Below are positions 1-7,699 of a DNA stretch of 64,000 nucleotides, one piece after another; position 1 is the first letter of the stretch; the number at the start of each line of letters is the position of its first letter. Both the position numbers and the translations under genes were made by a program. The notes beneath the pieces are model-generated. The model made no database searches, was not told the DNA's origin, and saw only the letters and a list, made by a program, of their open reading frames with translations. This stretch comes from an uncultured Acidobacteriota bacterium. Its GTDB lineage: Bacteria > Acidobacteriota > Vicinamibacteria > Marinacidobacterales > SMYC01. The DNA lies in the NCBI GenBank assembly GCA_963815675.1, contig CAWFHP010000005.1:42850-106849 (forward strand). The letters are read 5' to 3'.

Positions 1-1
1 T

Positions 2-994
2 GTTCCCTTCGACGTCGAGCGCTATGCCCTCGACGAAATGCCGCCTCTTCCGCTCAAGATTATGATGAACGTAGCGAACCCCGACCGGGCGTTCCAATTC
101 GCTTCTCTTCCCCACGCCGGTGTCGGGCTTGCGCGGCTCGAGTTCGTAATCAGCAATACCATCGGCATTCATCCCCGTGCGCTGCTCGAGTTCGATACTC
201 TCCCCGACGAGTTGAAGAAGCAGATCGAAGAGCGAATCCACGGCTACCCCGATCCCGTGAGCTATTACGTAGACAAGCTCACCGAGGCGGTTGCGCTCCT
301 CGGGGCCGCCTTCGCCCCCGAGCGGGTCATCGTTCGTCTGTCCGACTTCAAATCCAACGAGTACGCGCACCTTCTGGGAGGGGACCGATACGAGCCGAAC
401 GAAGAGAATCCGATGATCGGTTTCCGTGGCGCGGCACGCTACGTATCGGAACACTTCGCTTCTTGCTTCGCGCTCGAGTGCCGCGCGATCCGCAGAGTCC
501 GGGAAGAGATGGGATTCCGAAACGTCGAAGTGATGGTGCCCTTCGTTCGTACCGTGGACGAGGCCCGCCGGGTCGTCGATGCGCTCCGGGAGCAGGGGCT
601 CGAGCGCGGGAAGGACGGCCTCAAGGTCATCATGATGTGCGAGATCCCGTCGAACGTGATTCTCGCGGAGGATTTCCTGCGCTACTTCGACGGGTTCTCG
701 ATTGGATCGAACGACCTCACTCAGCTCACTCTCGGCATCGACCGCGACTCGGGGCTGGTGGCGGCGTCGTTCGACGAGAGGAACGACGCGGTGAAGGCGC
801 TTCTCCACCGCGCCATCGAAGCCTGCAAGAAGGCAGGCAAGTACGTCGGGATCTGCGGTCAAGGTCCTTCCGATTACCCCGACTTCGCCCGATGGCTCCT
901 CGACGAGGGTATCGACAGCATTTCCCTCAACCCCGACACCGTCGTCGAGACCTGGCTCTTTCTCGCAGGCGAGACGGGGAGGGGCGCGAGCTGA
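2..994 (+). CDS. ppsA: Phosphoenolpyruvate synthase (pyruvate, water dikinase), C-terminal PEP-utilizing TIM-barrel domain; 5'-partial (frame is open to the window edge)
   Basis: Translation contains [40 protein letters not shown] and [28 protein letters not shown], typical of the PpsA/PPDK C-terminus. No stop upstream in frame. Confidence 0.8.
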   Translation, partial: VPFDVERYALDEMPPLPLKIMMNVANPDRAFQFASLPHAGVGLARLEFVISNTIGIHPRALLEFDTLPDELKKQIEERIHGYPDPVSYYVDKLTEAVALLGAAFAPERVIVRLSDFKSNEYAHLLGGDRYEPNEENPMIGFRGAARYVSEHFASCFALECRAIRRVREEMGFRNVEVMVPFVRTVDEARRVVDALREQGLERGKDGLKVIMMCEIPSNVILAEDFLRYFDGFSIGSNDLTQLTLGIDRDSGLVAASFDERNDAVKALLHRAIEACKKAGKYVGICGQGPSDYPDFARWLLDEGIDSISLNPDTVVETWLFLAGETGRGAS

Positions 995-1047
995 AATCGG
1001 CCGGCGCTGTTGCGATGGCGCCCGCTCCGCTGTAGATTCGCACCCTC

Positions 1048-2295
1048 GTGAACGTCGCCCTTCTCTCCATTCTCGCTTTCGCCGTCGCGATCCTGCTCAG
1101 CTGCGTCACTCCCATCAACGTCGGTCTCGTTTCGATTGCCTTCGCCTTTCTCGTGGGGGTGGTCTTCGGCGGGATGAAAGTCTCCCAGGTGGCTTCGGGG
1201 TTTCCATCCAGCCTCTTTCTCGTCCTCGTCGGGGTGACGCTTCTCTTCAGCCAGGCCAAGGTCAACGGCACGCTGGATCAGATCGCAAGGAGAAGCGTCG
1301 GTCTAGCGCGCGGAAATCCTGGCATCATCCCCCTCGTCTTCTTCTTTCTCGCCCTGACGCTTGCCGCGATCGGCGCCGGCAACATCGCGGCGACCGCGAT
1401 GCTCGCGCCCATCGCGATGAGCGTCGCGGGAGAGGCGGGGATCAGCGCGTTTCTCATGACGGTGATGGTGGCCACGGGGGCGAACGCCGGCGGCCTTTCG
1501 CCCTTCGCGCCCACCGGCATCATCGCTAACGGCCTTCTCGCCCGGATCGACATCACCGGGGTGGAATGGTCCACGTTCTTCAACAACTTTCTCGCGGAGT
1601 CCTTCGTCGGGATCGGCGGCTACTTCGTTCTGGGCGGCACCAGACTTCTGGCACGCGGGGGGGAAGCTGCGGCGATCGTTTCCGAAGAGAGCCTGACGTG
1701 GCAGCAGAGGCTCACCCTCGCGCTCATCGCCTGTTGGATCCTCGGCGTCGTTCTCTTTCGTCTGGATGTGGGTATGGGAGCCTTCGTCGCGGCGGCGGTG
1801 CTGACGCTGGCGCGGGCGGCGGACGAGGAGAAGGCGGTGAAGTCGATTCCCTGGAACACCATCATGATGGTGGCCGGTGTTACCGTCCTCATCTCGATTC
1901 TGGAAAAGACGGGCGGCATGGATCTCTTCACCAACCTCCTCACCCGATACTCGACTCCGAAGAGCATCACCGGCGTCATCGCCTTCGTCACCGGGGTGAT
2001 CTCGGTCTACAGCAGCTCGTCGGGCGTGGTGCTTCCCGCTTTTCTACCTACCATTCCCAGCCTCATCGAGAAGCTCGGGGGCGGAGACCCTCTCGCCATC
2101 GCGGCCTCGATCAACGTCGGTGCCCATCTGGTGGACGTTTCTCCCCTCTCCACTCTCGGGGCCCTCTGCATCGCGGCCGCGCCGGTCGCCGAGAACCGGA
2201 CTCGCCTCTTCAACAAACTTCTGCTCTGGGGGCTGTCGATGAGCGTCGTGGGGGCGGCCGTTTGCTACCTGTTCTTCGGGCTGCTCGGCCTGTGA
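1048..2295 (+). CDS. Ion-transporter-superfamily permease (ArsB/NhaD/DASS-like anion permease), 415 aa polytopic membrane protein
   Basis: Uninterrupted 415 aa ORF that is highly hydrophobic with Gly/Ala-rich re-entrant-like segments. No better family assignment is possible by eye. Confidence 0.6.
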   Translation: MNVALLSILAFAVAILLSCVTPINVGLVSIAFAFLVGVVFGGMKVSQVASGFPSSLFLVLVGVTLLFSQAKVNGTLDQIARRSVGLARGNPGIIPLVFFFLALTLAAIGAGNIAATAMLAPIAMSVAGEAGISAFLMTVMVATGANAGGLSPFAPTGIIANGLLARIDITGVEWSTFFNNFLAESFVGIGGYFVLGGTRLLARGGEAAAIVSEESLTWQQRLTLALIACWILGVVLFRLDVGMGAFVAAAVLTLARAADEEKAVKSIPWNTIMMVAGVTVLISILEKTGGMDLFTNLLTRYSTPKSITGVIAFVTGVISVYSSSSGVVLPAFLPTIPSLIEKLGGGDPLAIAASINVGAHLVDVSPLSTLGALCIAAAPVAENRTRLFNKLLLWGLSMSVVGAAVCYLFFGLLGL

Positions 2296-2317
2296 CGTGT
2301 GCCGTGAGGGGAGACCC

Positions 2318-2977
2318 TCACGGCCGACAGTAGGCTTCTTCGAGGGTATTCACGTCCCGGGGGGTGATGAGGCTCGACGGCTCGCGCGCCGCGTTGCCGA
2401 CGGAGAAATTTCCGCTTGCCCACATCTTGTCTCCGGGATGGGGAGAGTGGTCGACGATTCCGAGCACGTGCCCCATCTCGTGGGCGGTGGTGCTGGCAAC
2501 GTCGTGAGAGAGAAACGGGGTACCTTCGAACTGGCTTCTCGTCAGGAGAACGGTGGCGCTGACGATACGGTTCAGCGTGAAGGTGAGCTGGGTGCTCCCG
2601 AGGGCGTTGTTCGGAAGCGGCCCTTCGGCCAGCGAGATCCGCACCGGCGAGTCGGGTTTGTCGTCATTGACGTCGAAATCGCCGATCTGGCCTCCGGTTG
2701 CCTCCGCCCACAGCTTCACCCCGTGCTCGATGCCTTCCATGTAGATCGCCCGTGCCGCCTCGGGAAGCGAATCGGTATCGACGAAGACGTCGACGGGAAA
2801 TCGCTCCCAACGCTTGAGCAACGTCGACTCCGCGAAGCTCGGCTCCGCTCCGCAGGTCGCGAGTATCTGAGGCGCGGGAATGTTGGCGAAGGGATGCCCG
2901 GCGCATCCGAACAGACAGATGGCGATGTGGCACAGAAGGCCGAGAAGGTAGCGAAAACGAAAACTGGCAGCGCTCAC
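2318..2977 (-). CDS. Secreted metzincin-type zinc metalloprotease lipoprotein
   Basis: HEMGHVLGIVDHS (HExxHxxGxxH zincin/metzincin motif). N-terminal signal peptide with lipobox LFGC. Confidence 0.7.
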   Translation of the reverse strand: MSAASFRFRYLLGLLCHIAICLFGCAGHPFANIPAPQILATCGAEPSFAESTLLKRWERFPVDVFVDTDSLPEAARAIYMEGIEHGVKLWAEATGGQIGDFDVNDDKPDSPVRISLAEGPLPNNALGSTQLTFTLNRIVSATVLLTRSQFEGTPFLSHDVASTTAHEMGHVLGIVDHSPHPGDKMWASGNFSVGNAAREPSSLITPRDVNTLEEAYCRP

Positions 2978-3197
2978 GAGGCCCCCGACTACGAACCAGC
3001 GGTGTTCCAGATTCCCGGCTGGGCGGCGATTTCCACGCCTGGCGCTCGAAGGAACGAGCGCGAGGTTCGAGGTTTCGTTAGGTTAGCTTGATTGTATTCC
3101 TAGTTTACCACCGGGAATCCAAAAGGGAAGAGTCTTGTCGGCGCGGCAGCGGTCCGCTGAGCTAAGATCGGATCCAGGGATCGAGAGGAGAGAAACG

Positions 3198-3752
3198 TTG
3201 TATTGCCCTCGTTGCGGCGCCGAGTACCGGGAAGGCTTCGCCTCGTGCAGCGACTGCGGAGTAGCGCTCGTGACCGAGCCTCCTGAGGAGTCCCCTCCCG
3301 TGGACGTCGACCTGGAGTGTGTATTCGAGTCCACGAACCCGGCTCTGCTCGCGGTGGTGAAGTCGCTTCTCGAGGATGCGGGGATCGACTACCTCAGCAG
3401 CGGAGACGCCCAGTTCTCGGTCCTCCCCGTTCTTCCCGTGCGCATCGAGGTCGACCACAGTCGCGCCGAAGAGGCAAGGGCCTTGCTCGAAGATCTCGAA
3501 TCCGCCGACGAGCCCGACGAGCCGACGAGCCCGACGAGCAAGACGAGGATTCCCAGAGCTGAAGCGCGACCGCGAACCGCGAACCGCGAGCCGCGAGCCG
3601 CGAGCCGCGCTTATTTCTTCTTGGTTCTCCTGCCCGTTCCGCGCGGAACCGTTGGCTCCCACCTGCGGCTCGCCATCGGAAGCGTGCCGTCTCTACCGAA
3701 GGGAACTCCTTCGCTCTCCAGTAGTCGCTTCTGCAGATCGGGAGGTTCATGA
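3198..3752 (+). CDS. DUF2007-family putative signal-transducing protein with N-terminal zinc ribbon; 3' end uncertain because it runs through tandem repeats and overlaps the convergent ATL gene
   Basis: CPRCGAEYREGFASCSDCG zinc ribbon followed by a PII-like DUF2007 core (LECVFESTNPALLAVVKSLLEDAGIDY). GGAG then a TTG start at 3198. The tail is low-complexity (DEPDEPTSPTS..REPRAAS). Confidence 0.5.
   Translation: MYCPRCGAEYREGFASCSDCGVALVTEPPEESPPVDVDLECVFESTNPALLAVVKSLLEDAGIDYLSSGDAQFSVLPVLPVRIEVDHSRAEEARALLEDLESADEPDEPTSPTSKTRIPRAEARPRTANREPRAASRAYFFLVLLPVPRGTVGSHLRLAIGSVPSLPKGTPSLSSSRFCRSGGS
3510..3600. repeat. Two adjacent short tandem repeat blocks: about 9-nt GACGAGCC(C) x4-5, then 7-nt CGCGA(A/G)C x5
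   Basis: Directly visible: gacgagcccgacgagccgacgagcccgacgagc and cgcgaaccgcgaaccgcgagccgcgagccgcgagccgcgc. Confidence 0.8.
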
Positions 3753-3964
3753 AGGTGCGCGGTCGAGATGCCGCCGGCGGCGTTGACCACCCGATGCCAG
3801 GGGACGTCGTCGGGACACTGATTCATCGCCCAGCCGACGGCGCGGGCCGAGAGAGGATGTCGCAGGAGTCCCGCGATTTGGCCGTAGCTCATGACCCGGC
3901 CCCGAGGAATGCGGCGGACGATCGCGTAGACCTCGTCCCACGCGCTCGCTCTCTTCGCCGCCAC
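3611..3964 (-). CDS. atl: Alkyltransferase-like protein (ATL; MGMT/Ogt DNA-binding domain with Trp replacing the active-site Cys)
   Basis: Motif VPWHRVVNAAGGIS (PWHRV instead of PCHRV) plus IPRGRVMSYGQIAGLL. TAA stop at 3611. GTG start at 3964 chosen to give a typical ~117 aa length; the ORF is open further upstream. Confidence 0.6.
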   Translation of the reverse strand: MAAKRASAWDEVYAIVRRIPRGRVMSYGQIAGLLRHPLSARAVGWAMNQCPDDVPWHRVVNAAGGISTAHLHEPPDLQKRLLESEGVPFGRDGTLPMASRRWEPTVPRGTGRRTKKK

Positions 3965-4050
3965 GACCCGAGAAAGATACCAGGAAATTAGGGACAGGCA
4001 CTCATTTTCACATCGGCCGGCGGCCGTCAAGCAGGAGGTCGGGTGCCGTA

Positions 4051-4458
4051 TCAGGTCTCGCCGCAGCCGCCGCTGTCCCAGCGAAAGAAACGGCGGTGGA
4101 TCCGGGGATAGATCCATGTTCCGGCGATGGTTCCGGCGAGGGTCAGTCCCGCCGCCAGCTTACCCTCGCCGAGCTGCACGATGGCTATCGAGGGACAGGC
4201 GCCGGTTACAGCCCAACCGATGCCGAAGAGGAGTCCTCCGGCGACCGTTCCCTTGTGCAGACGGCGAAATTCCGGCGTACCCCGTCTCCAGATCCCGAGG
4301 CCGACCATCGAGAGAGCGACCGCACCCGCGAAGGTGAGCAGTAGTCGAAAATCCTCGAACAGGAACATCCGATGGACTTCCCCGAAGTCGGAGAATCCGA
4401 TCCGGCTGAGACCGAAGCCCATGAGGAGGCCAAGCAGAGCGGTGCCGGCCGACTTCAC
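4051..4458 (-). CDS. YeeE/YedE-family (DUF395) sulfur-compound transport protein, C-terminal-type half
   Basis: GWAVTGACPSIA motif and TM helices. Proposed GTG start overlaps the upstream stop as GTGA. Confidence 0.6.
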   Translation of the reverse strand: MKSAGTALLGLLMGFGLSRIGFSDFGEVHRMFLFEDFRLLLTFAGAVALSMVGLGIWRRGTPEFRRLHKGTVAGGLLFGIGWAVTGACPSIAIVQLGEGKLAAGLTLAGTIAGTWIYPRIHRRFFRWDSGGCGET

Positions 4459-5063
4459 GACACACCCAGCAGAAACGACGTGACCACCGCCGCTCCGAAG
4501 AACGTGGCCGTCGCGACGAGGCTCCCCGGTTGAAACCGAGCGCAACCATTGAGACCGTGACCCGAGGTGCAGCCTCCCGCCATCCGGGTACCGAAGCCGA
4601 CGAGGAATCCGCCTCCGAGAAGGGCGAGACCGGCTTTCCACCCGCTTCCCATGATCCGGGCGAAATCGCTTCCGAGATCGAGCTGAACGCCAGCGTGTCC
4701 GAGAAGCCCCGAGAGCACGCCCCCCAGGAACACGAAGGACAGGAACGTCGCGCCGAGGTGGCGGGGGAGGCGGGTCGACGACGTCGCTGGCGACGCCTCC
4801 ACGGCACCGGCCTCGTCCTCGTTCGCGCCGCTCGTTCCGAAGCGTCGCTCGGTCGCCTGCCGGAGAGCACCGAGCAGCGCGTCGCCCCTCTCGAAGAGGG
4901 CGCGCCGTGCCTCGTCTTGCTGGCGCTCTTCACGCCAGCGCAGTAGCTGCGCGTAGATTCCGGACACCCCGAGTGAGCGTCCGAGAAGGGCCTGAAACGC
5001 CACGGTGACCGAAGCGAGAACGACGGCGCCTATCCACCAGGGCCACCACGCGGTCAGGCTCAC
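4455..5063 (-). CDS. YeeE/YedE-family (DUF395) sulfur-compound transport protein, N-terminal-type half
   Basis: GGCTSGHGLNGCAR motif. Proposed GTG start overlaps the stop of the upstream small ORF as GTGA. Confidence 0.6.
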   Translation of the reverse strand: MSLTAWWPWWIGAVVLASVTVAFQALLGRSLGVSGIYAQLLRWREERQQDEARRALFERGDALLGALRQATERRFGTSGANEDEAGAVEASPATSSTRLPRHLGATFLSFVFLGGVLSGLLGHAGVQLDLGSDFARIMGSGWKAGLALLGGGFLVGFGTRMAGGCTSGHGLNGCARFQPGSLVATATFFGAAVVTSFLLGVS

Positions 5064-5272
5064 CTTGTCACCTCGAGCGACGTCCCGTCGGGAAGTAGCT
5101 CCGGCGGAACGGCGCGCCCCTCGCAGGAGATCTGGTACCGCGCGCACTTCGTGTACTTACCCTTGCAGTAGATCGTTTGCCAGACTTTCAAGGAAGTCTC
5201 GAGGTTGAACAGGGGGTACAGGCTGCAGCCCTCGAGGTGGGGGCAATTTGGTCCCGACGTTTCCTTCGTCAT
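5060..5272 (-). CDS. Small (70 aa) Cys-rich protein of unknown function, first gene of the yedE-like operon
   Basis: ATG-initiated ORF MTKETSGPNCPHLEGCSLYPLF...YCKGKYTKCARYQISCEG with 5 Cys. Same strand as, and 4-nt coupled to, the downstream gene. Confidence 0.45.
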   Translation of the reverse strand: MTKETSGPNCPHLEGCSLYPLFNLETSLKVWQTIYCKGKYTKCARYQISCEGRAVPPELLPDGTSLEVTR

Positions 5273-5391
5273 GGACGGCGCTTTCTGCAAAGCCGGTGCC
5301 ATTACGGCGGTCTCCGTAAAGGCTTGTCGCGTCGGGACGGCGGGACGAGACGCTCGGCGCGAAGATAGGGGAATCCCCACGTCGAATGGAT

Positions 5392-6711
5392 TCAGCCGAC
5401 CACGTCTGGAGTGCGGTACGGCGCGCGGGAGACGCGCCTTCGGAGAAGAAACAAGATCGGAACGAGGGAGATAAAAGCTCCGACCCGGCTCAACGTCGCG
5501 TAACCCACTTCCGCGAGGAGCAACCCCGAGCCGACACCGGCGACAGCGGCGCTTCCCCAGACGAGAGAGTCGGCGATTCCCTGGACGCGCAACCGTCGGC
5601 TCGACGGAGTGCTGTCGGTGAGAAGGGCGCTGCCGGCGACGAAGCCGAAGTTCCAGCCGAGACCGAGAAGAAAGAGCGCGAACGCGAGGGTGAGTGAGCT
5701 GGTGGGAGCCGAGGCGGCGAGGATTCCCGATGCGCAAAGCAGAAGCGTCTCCGCCGCGATCAGCGGCACTCTTCCGATGCGGTCGCACAAGAACCCCGAG
5801 AGCGGGGACACGGCGTACATTCCGAAAGTGTGGGAAGCGATCACGATCCCGATCGTATGCAGTCCCTGGCCACCGTCGCGGATGTGAATGGGCGTCATCG
5901 TCATGATGAGCACCATCACCACCTGCCCTGCGACCATCGCTGCCAGTGCCAGCTGGACCCCCGATCGGGATACCGCGCGATCGTCGTCCACCGACTCGGC
6001 AACCGCCGTTCGGCCGGCACGAACGGTCGGAAACAGTAGGCGCAATGCGACTCCCGCGACGGCGTAAACGAGCGCCGCGCCGAGAAACGGACCCATCGCC
6101 TCGGGCAAATGCAGCGCCAGCGTTCCGTCGCGTACCGGCGAGAGGAGCATGGGGCCCACCACGGACCCGACGGTGGCTGCCGAAACGTTCCAGCCGATGG
6201 CCGAGGCCCGGCGCGAGGGCTCGTAGAGCTCGGCGGCGGCATAGCGGGAGAGCCGGGTCGCCGAATAGCCCGCGCCAAGAAAAAAAATAGCGACGGCGAG
6301 CATGGGGAAGATACCCGCGGCGGCGCCGAGAGCGGCAAAAACCGCGGAAATTCCCGCAAGGGCATATCCGGTGACCAACCCTCGCCGGCGGCCGTGACGA
6401 AGCATGATCGCCGAGAGCCAGGTCGTCCCGAAGGCGATCCCCAGAGTGCCGAGCGCCGAAGGCAGACCGCTCCAGTGAGCGTCACCGAGGATGTCTTCGG
6501 CGGCGAGCGGCAGGTAGGCCACCATCAACGTGTAGCCCATGGCCGCGATCGCGACTCCGGCGAAGAGTGCCGCCGCGGCTCGGGTTCGGTGGACGGATTC
6601 GATCAAGCGGAAAACCAGCTTATCACGTTTCGATATCGGCAATCGGTCGCGAGCGGCCCGGGGCCCGAGACGGAACTCTGGACCGCCTCCGAGCGGCTGT
6701 GCTACGCTCAT
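5392..6711 (-). CDS. MFS transporter
   Basis: 439 aa ORF with 12-TM-like hydrophobic periodicity typical of MFS. Start not verified. Confidence 0.6.
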   Translation of the reverse strand: MSVAQPLGGGPEFRLGPRAARDRLPISKRDKLVFRLIESVHRTRAAAALFAGVAIAAMGYTLMVAYLPLAAEDILGDAHWSGLPSALGTLGIAFGTTWLSAIMLRHGRRRGLVTGYALAGISAVFAALGAAAGIFPMLAVAIFFLGAGYSATRLSRYAAAELYEPSRRASAIGWNVSAATVGSVVGPMLLSPVRDGTLALHLPEAMGPFLGAALVYAVAGVALRLLFPTVRAGRTAVAESVDDDRAVSRSGVQLALAAMVAGQVVMVLIMTMTPIHIRDGGQGLHTIGIVIASHTFGMYAVSPLSGFLCDRIGRVPLIAAETLLLCASGILAASAPTSSLTLAFALFLLGLGWNFGFVAGSALLTDSTPSSRRLRVQGIADSLVWGSAAVAGVGSGLLLAEVGYATLSRVGAFISLVPILFLLRRRVSRAPYRTPDVVG

Positions 6712-6780
6712 AGACGTTCCGACACCAGCGCAAAAAAGAACGGTGCGCTCCTCTTCGAGAACGATGGAGGCTATACGAGT

Positions 6781-7686
6781 ATGGCGAATGCATTCCGCCT
6801 GACACGATATCTGATTCTGCTTGCGGTCCTCGTTCCCCTACAGGTTCAAGCCCAGGGGAAAATCCGGGTTGCCATCTGGGACTTCGAGAACCACGCCGAA
6901 CAAAGCTGGTGGTTCTATGGGGATCTCGGTCCCGCGGCGCGCAATAACATCGACACCGCGTTCGCCGAGAACCAGGCTCTCTCCGCGAAGTTCAGCGTCA
7001 TCGAGCGGGAAAAGCTCGACATGGTGCTGAAAGAGCAAGGGCTCGGCACCACTGGAGCTCTCGACCAGCAGACCGCTGCCCAGGTGGGAAAGGTCCTCGG
7101 GATCAAGTACATCATTACCGGGGGTATCGACAAATTCTCGATCAACACCACCAAGGGCGGCTTCGGTGGAATCGGTGGAAGCTTCACCAAGGCCGAAGCG
7201 ACGATCAACATGAGGCTCATCGATACGACCACCGCCGAGCGCGTCGTTGCGGTCTCCGCGGACGGTAGCGTAAAGAAAGGCGGAGGCTTTGCCAAGGGAG
7301 CCGCGCTCAGCCACGAGGACGAGTGGGGCATCGCGAGCGAGGCGATCGAAAAGGCGTCTCAGGCCGTCGTGGAGCAGTTCGCGGCCAGCAAGGCTCTCGC
7401 GAACCTCAACGCCGGCGGTGTCATGGCCGGAGCCGAGGGCAAGATCATCAAAGTCGACGGCACCAAGGCCTGGATCAACATGGGCGAGGCTTCCGGCATC
7501 AAGGTCGGCGACAAGTTCACGGTGGTCGCCGTCGGCGAGGAGCTTCGTGACCCCGACACCGGCCAGGTGCTCGGCGCCGACGAGAAGACGACCGGCGAAG
7601 GCGTCGTCTCTGAAGTCGCCGATCGCTACGCGATCATGACCTTCACCGGCAAGGCCGCGGCGAAGGACATCGTTCGAAAGAAGTAA
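6781..7686 (+). CDS. CsgG-family (curli production assembly/transport component-like) secreted protein with a C-terminal extension domain
   Basis: RVAIWDFENHAEQ...FSVIEREKLDMVLKEQGLGTTGALDQQTAAQVGKVLGIKYIITGGIDKFS matches the CsgG/PF03783 core. Signal peptide MANAFRLTRYLILLAVLVPLQVQAQG. GGAGG 12 nt before the ATG at 6781. Confidence 0.7.
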   Translation: MANAFRLTRYLILLAVLVPLQVQAQGKIRVAIWDFENHAEQSWWFYGDLGPAARNNIDTAFAENQALSAKFSVIEREKLDMVLKEQGLGTTGALDQQTAAQVGKVLGIKYIITGGIDKFSINTTKGGFGGIGGSFTKAEATINMRLIDTTTAERVVAVSADGSVKKGGGFAKGAALSHEDEWGIASEAIEKASQAVVEQFAASKALANLNAGGVMAGAEGKIIKVDGTKAWINMGEASGIKVGDKFTVVAVGEELRDPDTGQVLGADEKTTGEGVVSEVADRYAIMTFTGKAAAKDIVRKK

Positions 7687-7699
7687 GAATCGAATCCGC

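Noticed and set aside
6109-6780. 5' extension of the CsgG-like ORF (track ORF starts at 6109)
   Set aside because: The extension is Arg-rich and overlaps the MFS gene on the other strand. A GGAGG-ATG start with a signal peptide occurs at 6781.
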